DNA from: Terriglobia bacterium
GTDB lineage: Bacteria > Acidobacteriota > Terriglobia > JAJPHL01 > JAPKYU01
Assembly (NCBI GenBank): GCA_965223005.1
Contig: CBDCVK010000010.1
Location: 512,001-576,000, forward strand
Length of the DNA stretch: 64,000 bases
Direction of reading: 5' to 3'
In this document: piece by piece, positions 8,551 to 18,060 of the stretch
Layout of the letters: each line of letters opens with the position of its first letter
How positions within the stretch are numbered: position 1 is the stretch's first letter
Notes under the pieces: generated by a model
Databases searched by the model: none
Told to the model about the DNA's origin: nothing
What the model saw: the letters and a program-made list of their open reading frames with translations, nothing else
Program-made: the position numbers and the translations under genes

Positions 8551-11025
8551 TCAACGGGAGGCAGTCCGTTCCAGAGCCCGCTCGGTGTACCGATACACCA
8601 GGTGGTTGGTGCATACTTCGTAGTAGCGTCGCTGGGTGTACTCCTTCAAGCTGAAGGAGTGGGCATCCACAAAGGGAATCTGCGCTTCGCGCACCACCAG
8701 CCGCTGGAACACCTCGTTGGGCAAGGGGAAGGCACCACAGTGCAGCGTCACCTTTTCCGGCTGCCAGAGCAAGGGCATTTCCAGCTCGACCGGCTGGAGC
8801 GAAATCTCCTCTTGCAGTTTGTCAAACGCCTCCTCGCTCAGGCAAATCCCGGTGTTGTAGCGGACCAGGAACTCTTCCATGGCGCCTGCGGCGGCCTCTT
8901 CGGTGATGGTCTGGAACACGAACGCCCGGAAGAGCGACTGCTTGCTGTCCAGCGCGCGGCGGGCCAGCTTGCTGCACCCGCTGAGCCGGTCGGCCAGGTT
9001 GATGGCCGAGGAGATCATGATCCGGGTCTCGCCGTCCAGCAGGTACATGGGCGTCGAGTTCTGCCAGCAGATTCCGATGCCAATCTCCAGCCGCGGCAAG
9101 TCCGCCTTCTCGGCCCTCGCATTGTATTGCTCGACCACGGCCATGATCTCCCGCGCCAAGCCACAGGCTCGGGCCACGGGATAACCGCCCAGCGCCGCAC
9201 CTTGTTTCTCGAACATTGCCAGAATCACCGCGTCGCCCTCAATGAACACCTTCTCACCGGCGTACTTGGGCAGCAGCTTGTTCAGCGGTTCGTAAAAGTT
9301 CAGACTGAAGTGGCTGGCCGGATTCAGGCCGCGGGCGAACAGGTCGGCGGTGAGCCGGGTGGAGTCACGCACGTCGGCTTTCAGAATCACGTGGCCTAGT
9401 ATCTGTTCGCCCTGCGGCTTGTCCTCCGCCGGCAGCAGGAACTCGTACAGGGTGTTGTTGATTCGGGAAAGCTGCCGGGTTTTTTCCTCAAACAGCAGGT
9501 TGACCCGCTCCATCAGGCCTTGCAGGGCCTGTAGCAGGCAATTGTCGCGGTGGTGCCGCAGGAAATCGCGAACGAAGCGAACGAGAAAGGCGCGGAGGTC
9601 ACGTGGTTGATAGGTACGCACTCGAGCGGCGGCCTCTTCCAGAGTGGCTACGCTGGCCCGGGTCAGCTTGTAATGCGTGATCAGGTCGGCCACCTTCTTG
9701 AGTTCGGAAGGGTCCAGGAGGGCGCGTTTCAGTTGCTGCGGATGGATCGGCGGGCAGTAGTCCTGGTAGACGTTCGCCGTCTCGTAGGCGGCGGCGAAGC
9801 AGGGCAATAGCCCCAACTGCTGCGCTGCGTTATAAAATTCATCAACTAGCTGGCGCTGGATCTCTAGCCTTTCCTTCAGGGCGCTCAGTTCTTTCCGCGG
9901 TGCCTTTCGCGACTGCGCCTCAGCCAGCAGTTGCTCGGTGCGCACAGTACCGAGCAGCTGCTCCACATTTTCGGGGACGTTGAGCATCTCCGTCAGGTGC
10001 GCGTCATAGGCTTCCGTCGACAGCCGCAGTTGTTCGGCCGACTGCCTCAGTTGTCTCTCCGGCTCCTCTAGGCGCCCCGCAAGATCGGGAGAGGCCGGAG
10101 ACGGGGTCTCGGGGCGGGGACCGAAGAGGCGTCCCAATCCCAATCCCAGCCCGCGCTCGGGAGGCTGGAGCTGGTCGCGCAAAGATGAGGTCCGGCTGGC
10201 CAATTGGTGATGCTCCTGCTGACGGGTCTCCAGCTCACGCGCCTCCGGTCCGACTGCGTCCACCCCCTTGAGCATGGACTTCAGCCAGCGCTCCACGGAT
10301 TCGTACAGGTCCGGGTCGCGGTGGAAGTTGCCCAACATGACGTACTTGGTTAGCTGAATGTAATCGTCACGGCCGGTTTCGGTGAACACCAGCGGGTGAG
10401 AAAAGTAAGTGAACCAGGGACTGGCTTCGTCGCCGAAAAAGGATTCGCGCGTCTTGCGGACCACACCAGCCTGCACTTCGTTAGCCAGCGACAGTAATTC
10501 ATTCGAAACGCGTCGGAAGACGTTCTTCTTGTCGGCCTGAAACTCGCTGAAGATTTCCTTCAGTTGGAAGGCGCGCAAGTTCCGATCGTGGCGCGGCCCT
10601 TCATACATCCGCAGCTTGTTCTTGCCCTCCATCTGGATGCGGCCGTACTGTTGCTGCACTTCCCAGCTCAGGTACTTGAAGAGGGCGACGTTTCCCAATA
10701 GGTCGATGTCGGGGTTGCGCGCCTCCTTGGCGTGGCTGAGCGCACTGAGCAGTACCTCCTGCAACAGACGCTTGAATTCGTTGCGCTCCTGCGGCTTGGG
10801 CGGGCCCGGGTTCTGCTCCGCCAGTTCAGGCGCGCGGCTGTGCTTCATAAAGAGCTTGAGAATGTAGCCCCCGGTGAAGCCGATGAAGCGGGAGCTCAGG
10901 TGGACGTCGTGGCGGACGTTGTCCACGCCCGGCACTAGCGATGGAAAGCGCAGGTCCGGTGCGGACCCGACGAGGTGAACCGCTGCATATACGCGTTCCG
11001 GGCTGGAACGGGAGAACAGCGGCAT
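8551..11025 (-). CDS. Large helical protein with C-terminal class III nucleotide cyclase-like domain
   Basis: Motifs VILKADVRDST, FIEGDAVIL, LEIGIGI, SSAINLADRLS match the class III cyclase catalytic layout. About 540 aa of helical/coiled-coil N-terminus is unassigned. Confidence 0.75.
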   Translation of the reverse strand: MPLFSRSSPERVYAAVHLVGSAPDLRFPSLVPGVDNVRHDVHLSSRFIGFTGGYILKLFMKHSRAPELAEQNPGPPKPQERNEFKRLLQEVLLSALSHAKEARNPDIDLLGNVALFKYLSWEVQQQYGRIQMEGKNKLRMYEGPRHDRNLRAFQLKEIFSEFQADKKNVFRRVSNELLSLANEVQAGVVRKTRESFFGDEASPWFTYFSHPLVFTETGRDDYIQLTKYVMLGNFHRDPDLYESVERWLKSMLKGVDAVGPEARELETRQQEHHQLASRTSSLRDQLQPPERGLGLGLGRLFGPRPETPSPASPDLAGRLEEPERQLRQSAEQLRLSTEAYDAHLTEMLNVPENVEQLLGTVRTEQLLAEAQSRKAPRKELSALKERLEIQRQLVDEFYNAAQQLGLLPCFAAAYETANVYQDYCPPIHPQQLKRALLDPSELKKVADLITHYKLTRASVATLEEAAARVRTYQPRDLRAFLVRFVRDFLRHHRDNCLLQALQGLMERVNLLFEEKTRQLSRINNTLYEFLLPAEDKPQGEQILGHVILKADVRDSTRLTADLFARGLNPASHFSLNFYEPLNKLLPKYAGEKVFIEGDAVILAMFEKQGAALGGYPVARACGLAREIMAVVEQYNARAEKADLPRLEIGIGICWQNSTPMYLLDGETRIMISSAINLADRLSGCSKLARRALDSKQSLFRAFVFQTITEEAAAGAMEEFLVRYNTGICLSEEAFDKLQEEISLQPVELEMPLLWQPEKVTLHCGAFPLPNEVFQRLVVREAQIPFVDAHSFSLKEYTQRRYYEVCTNHLVYRYTERALERTASR

Positions 11026-11449
11026 CGTTTCGGCAGTCTAGCAGAAAAATCGCGACCGAGAGCAACAGAACACTGAGGGCCAAGTTCAAGTTGGAACCGG
11101 GAAGCTATGGTTTAGCCAGAGCTTCCTTGTTGCCAGCTATCGTTGCCAGCCATCACACACAGTGAGTTGCACCAAGCCAAAGAGATGGGAAAAATATGGG
11201 CGCGCGGAAAAGTGATTTTCCGCCCGCAAGAGCCCGTGATGGGGACGTGATCGAAATTGCCAGGGTCAAACTGCCGTTCAGTTTAAGAAAGTAGAGTCGA
11301 ACGTGCACTCACTCGCCCACCAGCCACGTGAACTAGCTCCGCACACAGCATTCTGCTGATGGATTCCCGCCGCTGAAGGATCCTCGAAGGATCGTTGGGC
11401 CACCACTAAATGGCGGCCCTGTAATCGAAGCAGCTCTGCCCGGGGCCGG

Positions 11450-11632
11450 CTATGAGGCTCGAACCAGCAGCGGACGTGCGCGGATGGCTTCCCCCGCTGC
11501 CTCCAGAGCCGCAAGTTCGTTGTCCATCACCACAAGCCGCCGGGAAAAGCCGGCGCAACTCCAGCAAACGGCTCGCTTGATCTCATCCCGCGTCATCAGG
11601 AGTTCTCCGCAGGCGCATTGGTTAGGTTTCAT
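11450..11632 (-). CDS. Small Cys-rich hypothetical protein (CxC...CxxC)
   Basis: Strong RBS GGAGGTG just before ATG. 60 aa with CACG and CWSC. Confidence 0.6.
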   Translation of the reverse strand: MKPNQCACGELLMTRDEIKRAVCWSCAGFSRRLVVMDNELAALEAAGEAIRARPLLVRAS

Positions 11633-11781
11633 CTTTCACCTCCAACGCCTGCAAAGATATGCGCGCTCCACCCGACTGGCAATAGAACGCCCGTCTCATT
11701 TTGCGTGGGACGGCAGTACTGAGTCCGCCCACCCCGATGGTACTGCGTGTCCTAGCTGGCCCGAACCCCGCTGGCTCCCGC

Positions 11782-12327
11782 TCATCCCCCGGCAGACAGA
11801 CGACTGCAAACCGCATAGGCGCCGTTGGGGTCAATCGCGCTCCCGCCTTTCTCGATGTGGCGAATGATCCCCTGCTTATCCACCACGAAGGTGACCCGCA
11901 GAGCGAAGTTGCGCTCGGGATCCAGAATCCCGTATTTCTTGCTGACCTCGCGCATGAAGTCGCTCAGAAGCGGAAACTTCACCCCGAGGTCTTCGGCGTA
12001 ACGACGATTGGCGTAAGAGCTATCCACGCTGATGCCCAGCACCTGCGAGCCGGTCTTTTCGAATTTGGCGATATCATCCTGATACGCCTTCAGTTCCTTC
12101 GTTCAACCACCCGTGAATGCCAGGACGTAGAAGGCCAGTACCACATTCTTCTTCCCCTTGAAATCGCTCAACCGGACCGGCTTGTTGTTCTGATCCGGAA
12201 GCGTGAAATCGGGCGCGGAATCGCCTACTTTCAGATGGGTCATGACGTCGGGTGGCGGCTGAGCCGGGGCCAGACTGAGTGGCGCGGGCAGAATCAAAGC
12301 CAGTGCCAAAGCTGTTCGACAAACCAT
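11782..12327 (-). CDS. Exported peroxiredoxin (AhpE/BCP-like), predicted selenoprotein (U75)
   Basis: Track ORFs 12103..12504 and 11782..12042 are in the same frame and joined by TGA (12105-12103): FYVLAFTGG-U-TKELKAYQDDIAKFEKTGSQVLGISVDS. U sits at the peroxidatic TxxC position. RBS GGAGGT and a signal peptide follow from ATG 12327. Confidence 0.9.
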
Positions 12328-12505
12328 ACGCCTACCTCCAGTTTCTTGCAATTTCGGGATTTGCACAGGATTCCGTCGATGCGCTCGTTCCTTGCACGAC
12401 CCCCGAATTATGTACCCAAATCCTGGCTTCGTCCAGTTTTTGGTAGCGGACACTCCACTGCGGCGAGGGTCCTGCAGCGGCGGTGGGAGTCCACGGCTTT
12501 CCATC

Positions 12506-12534
12506 TTGACACCACGAGGACCCGAAGCTAGGAT
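12506..12534 (+). promoter_or_regulatory. Sigma70-type promoter TTGACA-N17-TAGGAT
   Basis: Perfect -35 (12506-12511), 17-nt spacer, -10 TAGGAT (12529-12534). Confidence 0.7.
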
Positions 12535-12561
12535 GCGCCTACACGAGAAAGGAGGTGGTCG

Positions 12562-12609
12562 ATGTTGCAGGATCCATTATGTAGGCCCCGTGAGGTGGTC
12601 GCGCCTTAG
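12562..12609 (+). CDS. 15-aa small ORF MLQDPLCRPREVVAP
   Basis: Lies after the promoter and an extended SD AGAAAGGAGGTG. Too short for the ORF track. Confidence 0.45.
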   Translation: MLQDPLCRPREVVAP

Positions 12610-12698
12610 GGCGGAATTTGCCTCAGAGCCGTCGTGTTTTCTTTCTGCTTGCCTGTGGCTGTAGAATTCCGCCTCAGGTACTCTTACGCGGCTACCGG

Positions 12699-12736
12699 CG
12701 CCGGGCAGGAGGGGTTGGCCCTTCGGCCCGGCGTTT
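12699..12736 (+). terminator. Intrinsic terminator-like hairpin
   Basis: CGCCGGGC(12699-12706)/GCCCGGCG(12726-12733) with inner GAGGG/CCCTT, followed by TTT. Confidence 0.55.
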
Positions 12737-12843
12737 CGCTTCTATCAGGGTGCTGAAAATTAGCGACTGGATCCGCTCAGAACCGTTTTCTGACGCCCGC
12801 AGTTCCTTAACTGTAACCACTTGTCAAGCCGCAACCCACTGAT

Positions 12844-13917
12844 CTAAAACAGCTTGAACTTGATGGTCAGATACTTTTTCGGGTCCTTCCGGAAGTCGGC
12901 GATCAGGCCGCGCATCTCCAGGCTGAAGGTATTGACGTTCTCATAAAACGCCTGGTCATGAAGGAACCTGCCGAAGGAACCCTCACCGCGTTCCAGCCGG
13001 CCGGCGATCTTGTCAATACGGCCCATCGCGGAATTGGCTCGGTTGTAAAACGATTCGTCCTTCAGCAGCCGGCCGACCGTCCCACGCCCCGCGTTCACGT
13101 CAGTAACCACGCGATTGGCCCGGGTCATCAACTGGTCGGCGTTTTCGTAGAGCCCGGGATCATAGATGAACCTGCCCAGGGAACCCTTGCCCTCGCGCAC
13201 TTCGTCAAGCACTCCGTCCACTTTCGTCACGCTGCTTCGGATCTCGTCGTACAGGTCTTCGGTCATGATCAGCTTGCCCAGGGTCCCCTTTCCCGCAGCA
13301 GCATTGGAAATTAGAAGGCGCGCGTCATTCACGGTCTGGTCCGCCTTCCGCCACAGCGCCTCGTCGTAGAGGAGCTTTCCCAGACTGCCTTCTCCGGACT
13401 CGACCTGCTCTATAACGCGGTCCACACGCCCCGCGATGCGATTGAGTTTGGTCATTGCGTCGGCGCCCGTAGCCAGGACCTCACTGAGTTCCGGGGTTTC
13501 CTTGAGCTTGATCTCCCCGCCGGCCTGGATCAGCGGCTGCCCGGGACTGCCCCGGGTAATATTGATGAAGCGTTGGCCCAGCAGCCCTTCGGCATCCAGG
13601 CGGGCCAGGGAGTCGGTGCGCAGTTCCTGCTGATACTTGCGCAGGATGCGCATGACCACCTCCACCGACCGGTCGGGCTCGTGGCTGCCGGAGACGCGGA
13701 TTTCCGCCACGTTGCCCACGTCAATGCCGGTCAGGCGCACCGGGTCGCCGGTCTTCAACCCGGCGGCGTCCTCCATGAAGACGCTGATGAGATATTTGCG
13801 CTCCAACAGGCCTTCGCCAGTCATCAGGAAGACCACGGTGGCAAAAATGATCAGGCTGGTCAGGACCAACAGGCCAACGCGCAGTTGGGTCCACTGAAGT
13901 TGCTTGGGTTGCGGCAT
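12844..13917 (-). CDS. mlaD: MCE/MlaD-family substrate-binding protein
   Basis: N-terminal TM, MCE motifs AAGLKTGDPVRLTGIDVG and GLLGQRFINI, helical GxLGK repeats. Confidence 0.9.
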   Translation of the reverse strand: MPQPKQLQWTQLRVGLLVLTSLIIFATVVFLMTGEGLLERKYLISVFMEDAAGLKTGDPVRLTGIDVGNVAEIRVSGSHEPDRSVEVVMRILRKYQQELRTDSLARLDAEGLLGQRFINITRGSPGQPLIQAGGEIKLKETPELSEVLATGADAMTKLNRIAGRVDRVIEQVESGEGSLGKLLYDEALWRKADQTVNDARLLISNAAAGKGTLGKLIMTEDLYDEIRSSVTKVDGVLDEVREGKGSLGRFIYDPGLYENADQLMTRANRVVTDVNAGRGTVGRLLKDESFYNRANSAMGRIDKIAGRLERGEGSFGRFLHDQAFYENVNTFSLEMRGLIADFRKDPKKYLTIKFKLF

Positions 13918-13935
13918 GCGACCTCCTCAAGGAAA

Positions 13936-14751
13936 CTACAAGACAAACTTTCGCACGTATGAGTCCTGCGAGCGAAACAGTTCCTGATGGCTGCCGTCGA
14001 AGACGACTTCGCCTTCGCGCAGGACCAAGAACGAAGTGTTGGTGTCCACCTGTCGACCGTCGGAATCAGCGGGCAGCAGGCGACCAGCCGTTTCATCAAA
14101 ATAGTAGTTGGCCACCACGTCGGCGTCCTGGAGGCGGTGCGTCACCAGCAGGCTGCTGACGTCCTGCAGGTCGCCCAGACGGATGATCAACGAGACGATG
14201 GCACGTCCGGTGAGCGGGTCCAGGCCGCCGGTGGGCGAGTCGTAGAGCATCAGTGGCGGCTCGCCGACGAAAGCTCGAGCAATCGCCACCCGGCGGCGCA
14301 TGCCGCCGGACAGCTCCGAGGGCAATTTTTGCATGGCGTCTTCCAGATCCACAAAGCGCAGTGCCTGGCGCACCCGTCGCTCCTCCTCCTCGGGCGGCAG
14401 GGCCCGGTCCCCCTGGAAGACGTAGCCGACGTTCTCGGCCACGCTGAGCGAGTCGAACAGCGCGCTTTCCTGGAACACCATGCCGATTTTCTGCCGGATG
14501 GGCTGCAGTGTCTCCTCGCCGAACCCGGTGATGTCCTCTCCAAAAACCGAGACGCGACCCGAATCGGGACGGAACAGCCCCAGCGCCGTCTTCAGCAACA
14601 CCGATTTGCCCGAGGCCGTGGCTCCCAGCAGAACCTTGGTTTCGCTGCGCGCGAGCCGGAAGCTGATGTCGTGCAGCACCGGTGCATCGTCCAGGGTCAG
14701 TTGGACCCGGTCGAACTCCAGCACTACCTCCGAACTGCGCTCCAGCGCCAT
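13936..14751 (-). CDS. mlaF: MlaF-family ABC ATPase
   Basis: GATASGKS, FQESALFDSL, LSGGMRRR, YDSPTGGLDP. Confidence 0.9.
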   Translation of the reverse strand: MALERSSEVVLEFDRVQLTLDDAPVLHDISFRLARSETKVLLGATASGKSVLLKTALGLFRPDSGRVSVFGEDITGFGEETLQPIRQKIGMVFQESALFDSLSVAENVGYVFQGDRALPPEEEERRVRQALRFVDLEDAMQKLPSELSGGMRRRVAIARAFVGEPPLMLYDSPTGGLDPLTGRAIVSLIIRLGDLQDVSSLLVTHRLQDADVVANYYFDETAGRLLPADSDGRQVDTNTSFLVLREGEVVFDGSHQELFRSQDSYVRKFVL

Positions 14752-15530
14752 TACATGACGGCCAGGAGGAACTTGGTAATGAAGAAATCGGTTGCCAGGA
14801 TCAGCACCGAAGCGGCCACCACCGCTTGGGTCGTCGAGCGTCCCACCCCCTCGGTGCCGCCGCGGGTGGTCAGTCCGAAATAACAGCCCACCATGGAGAC
14901 GATGAAACCGAAAACGAACGGCTTCACCAGGCCCTGGAACACGTCTTCGAAGTGCAGGGCCTGATAGGCGCTGGTCCAGTACTGGATCGGGTCCATGCGG
15001 ATGATGAAGAAGGAAACCACGAAGCCGCCGATCAGACCCACGAAATCGGCGATCACCGTCAGCAGCGGCAACATCGTCACTGTAGCCACCACCCGAGGGG
15101 TCACCAGTTTCTTGCTGGGGTCGGTGCCCAGGGCGCGCATGGCGTCTATCTGCTCGCTCACCGCCATGGAGCCCAGCTCACTGGCCATGCCAGAACTGTT
15201 GCGCCCGGCCACCATCAACGCCGTCAGAACCGGTCCCAGCTCTTTGACTAGCGACAGGGCCACCAGTTGACCGGCGAGGGAGACAGCTCCGAAAGTTTGC
15301 AGCATCTGGGAGGTCTGCAACGCCAGCACCGCCCCGGTGAAGAACCCGGCCAGGATCGCAATAGGCAGCGAGCCTACACCGATGATGTCCATCTGGACCA
15401 GAATGTCGGCCCAATAGCGGGGGCGGGAGAAGAGGTTTCTGATGGCCCGCGCGCCCAGAAAGGTGAACTCCTGGACGGCGAAGACTTTGCCTTTGGCAAA
15501 ATCGGCAGGCAGGGTGAAGATGCGGTTCAA
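14751..15530 (-). CDS. mlaE: MlaE-family ABC permease
   Basis: [37 protein letters not shown]. Start uncertain (TTG 15530 chosen). Confidence 0.9.
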   Translation of the reverse strand: MNRIFTLPADFAKGKVFAVQEFTFLGARAIRNLFSRPRYWADILVQMDIIGVGSLPIAILAGFFTGAVLALQTSQMLQTFGAVSLAGQLVALSLVKELGPVLTALMVAGRNSSGMASELGSMAVSEQIDAMRALGTDPSKKLVTPRVVATVTMLPLLTVIADFVGLIGGFVVSFFIIRMDPIQYWTSAYQALHFEDVFQGLVKPFVFGFIVSMVGCYFGLTTRGGTEGVGRSTTQAVVAASVLILATDFFITKFLLAVM

Positions 15531-15635
15531 GGTGATTCGTTTTTCCTCACCGCGCGGCTTCCAAATTCCAATGTAACACAAACTGCCCGCTCCGACGCAC
15601 ACGCCCCCAGCGGTACAATAGAATGCCAACGAGCG

Positions 15636-16751
15636 ATGAGTATCCGTATCCTGGGCATCGAGTCCTCTTGCGATGAGACGGCGGCCGCGGTCGTCGAACA
15701 GGGGTCACGCGTGCTTTCCAATGTAGTGGCATCGCAGATCGCCACCCATCAGCCCTACGGCGGAGTGGTGCCCGAACTGGCGTCGCGAGAGCACCTGAAG
15801 GCCATCGTGCCGATCGTCGGCAGAGCATTGGCGGAAGCCGGAATCGGCTGCGACGAGCTGGAGGCGGTCGCCGTCACCCAGGGGCCCGGACTGGTCGGTT
15901 CCTTGCTGGTGGGGGTGACTTACGGCAAGGCGTTGGCCTTCTCGCGGAGCTTGCCGTTGATCAGCGTCAACCACCTGGAAGGCCACATCCACGCCGTGCT
16001 GCTAGAGCAGCGACTGGCGGGCAGCCCGGAGGTGGAGTTGCCGGCTCTGGCCCTGGTCGTCAGCGGCGGCCACACTCTAACTTGCCTGGTGGAGCAGGAG
16101 AGTGGCCGCTTCCGGTACCCGGTACTGGGCAGGACCCGCGACGATGCAGCCGGCGAAGCCTTCGACAAGGTAGCCAAGCTTCTGGGGCTCGGCTATCCGG
16201 GCGGCCCAGTCATTGACCGTCTCGCCGCTCACGGCAATGCCCACGCGGTGCGCTTCACTCCGCCAAAGATCAAAGGCAACTCGCTGGATTTTAGCTTCAG
16301 CGGCATCAAGACTGCCGTGCTGCGCTATGTGGAATCCCATGCGCTGGCCGCGGAAATCGAGCGCCGCCGCGTCCTGCTCGACCGCCAACCCCGGGTCCCG
16401 ACTGAGTCTTTCCTGGAGCTATCGAGCCCGACCACGCTGGATCTGGTGGCCAGCTTCCAGCACTCTGTGGTCGAGCAACTGGTGCAACGCACACTGGTTG
16501 CCGCCCAACTGCGCGACGTGCGTGCGATCATTGTTTCGGGCGGCGTGGCCTGCAATTCTCTGCTGCGCGCACGCTTCCAGCAGCTCCCTGGCAACCGGCG
16601 GATTCCCGTGTTCTTCCCCAGCATGGCACTTTCGACCGACAACGCGGTGATGATCGCTGCGGCCGCCTATCCCAAGTTTCTGGCCCGGGATTTCGCCGGC
16701 TTCGACCTGCCCGCAGAGCCGGGCTTACCGCTGGAGGGAAGCGCCGGCTGA
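15636..16751 (+). CDS. tsaD: tRNA N6-adenosine threonylcarbamoyltransferase
   Basis: [52 protein letters not shown]. Start ATG 15636. Confidence 0.96.
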   Translation: MSIRILGIESSCDETAAAVVEQGSRVLSNVVASQIATHQPYGGVVPELASREHLKAIVPIVGRALAEAGIGCDELEAVAVTQGPGLVGSLLVGVTYGKALAFSRSLPLISVNHLEGHIHAVLLEQRLAGSPEVELPALALVVSGGHTLTCLVEQESGRFRYPVLGRTRDDAAGEAFDKVAKLLGLGYPGGPVIDRLAAHGNAHAVRFTPPKIKGNSLDFSFSGIKTAVLRYVESHALAAEIERRRVLLDRQPRVPTESFLELSSPTTLDLVASFQHSVVEQLVQRTLVAAQLRDVRAIIVSGGVACNSLLRARFQQLPGNRRIPVFFPSMALSTDNAVMIAAAAYPKFLARDFAGFDLPAEPGLPLEGSAG

Positions 16752-16795
16752 TAGGCAGCCCTGGCGACGGGTGCCTATTTGGCGGCGACGCGTGC

Positions 16796-17119
16796 TTACT
16801 TGGCGCGGAACACGACCCAGGAGAAGACGATCGCCGCCAGGACGCTAATGATCAGAAAAATTCCAGTGGGGATGAAGTTCCCGGTCTTGGCTACCCGCAT
16901 GGAGAAATTGATCGTCAGCAACAGCGCCGTCACCGAAGCAATGGCAAACCCCGGCCGTGGTCGGGAGCGGGACACGGCGAAGGCGCCCAGCAACACGATC
17001 GCGCTGCCGAAGCCCCCGATGAGGGAGGCGGTGCTTCCGGCGGCGCGGTAGCCCATGATGCCGCCGATCAGCATCAGCGCCGCGTAAGTTAGAAGAGCAA
17101 TCGTCGCAAATCTGGTCAT
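16796..17119 (-). CDS. TMEM14-family membrane protein
   Basis: YAALMLIGGIMGYRAAGSTASLIGG signature, multiple short TM helices. Confidence 0.8.
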   Translation of the reverse strand: MTRFATIALLTYAALMLIGGIMGYRAAGSTASLIGGFGSAIVLLGAFAVSRSRPRPGFAIASVTALLLTINFSMRVAKTGNFIPTGIFLIISVLAAIVFSWVVFRAK

Positions 17120-17155
17120 TGGCTGGCTCTCAGCGAAAGACAACACGCCGGGGGT

Positions 17156-17905
17156 TCATCGAGCGAGCTTCCGGTAGTCCTCGGCGACGATATCAACCAG
17201 GCGGCACATTTCTTGCAGCCGGGACGTCACTCGCGCTCCCAGGCGCTCTTCGAAGGTTGCATACGTGCGGCGCTTTCCAGGCACGCCGCTCACGGGGTCT
17301 TCCTTCAGATTGGCGGTGAGCAGCGTGGGCTTCTTCTCGTTGTAGCGGTGATTGAGGAGGTAGTTAATGGTGTCTTCCACCCAGTCGGAAACGCGGTTGG
17401 CTCCCAGATCGTCAATCACCACCACTTCGGTCTCCAGTACCGGCCGCATCACCTCACGCTCGGCGGTCAGCGCCTTCGGGTTGTAGCTGGACTGGATGCG
17501 CTTCAGCAGTTCCTGGTAGTCCAGGAACAGGACTTCGGCGCCCTTCTCGACGAGGCCTTTCAGCAGAGCCACCGTCAGGTGGGTCTTGCCGACGCCGGTC
17601 TCGCCCATCAGTAGCAGGCCCTTGCCGTCCACCAGCGGGTAGTCGGCCAGGTACTGATCCACGACGCCTAAAGCTTTCCACAGCGACTCGTTGCGCGGGC
17701 CGCCCCGCGGCGGGTACAGCTCGAAATTGGTGAAGGCGCAGGCCTGGTACCGCGGCGGAATCCGCGCCGCAGCCAGTGCGCGCTCCAGGCGGGTCTGGGT
17801 GCGGCACTCGCAGGGCACCACGGCGTCGCCGGTTCCGCTGGAGCGCCAGCCAGTGCCCGAGCACAGCGGGCACGCCACAGATGCGTCACTGATCGGCGAG
17901 GCCAT
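17156..17905 (-). CDS. DnaC/IstB-like AAA+ ATPase (helicase-loader type)
   Basis: N-terminal CPLC...C-x-C, IPPRY, Walker A GETGVGKT, Walker B VIDDLG, RVTSRLQEMC. Confidence 0.85.
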   Translation of the reverse strand: MASPISDASVACPLCSGTGWRSSGTGDAVVPCECRTQTRLERALAAARIPPRYQACAFTNFELYPPRGGPRNESLWKALGVVDQYLADYPLVDGKGLLLMGETGVGKTHLTVALLKGLVEKGAEVLFLDYQELLKRIQSSYNPKALTAEREVMRPVLETEVVVIDDLGANRVSDWVEDTINYLLNHRYNEKKPTLLTANLKEDPVSGVPGKRRTYATFEERLGARVTSRLQEMCRLVDIVAEDYRKLAR

Positions 17906-18060
17906 GGCATCCAGTCCAAGCTATCCCGACACCGGGCAAATTCCGGTCCCTACAATATCGCCTTGAACGCCATGGGTCAAAGAATGCCGAGTGTCTCCTA
18001 CACAGGCGCCGGAGACGCTCGTAAACACGGTGGTAGTGGCCGGGCTTTAGCTGCTCCAAT

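Noticed and set aside
11701-12531. 276-aa plus-strand ORF over the peroxiredoxin
   Set aside because: Antisense shadow of the Sec-peroxiredoxin, which has clear family motifs.
17156-17905. IS21 element (IstB) or prophage replication module
   Set aside because: No IstA transposase, terminal inverted repeats or phage genes nearby. Codon usage is host-like, so it is more likely a chromosomal DnaC-like loader.
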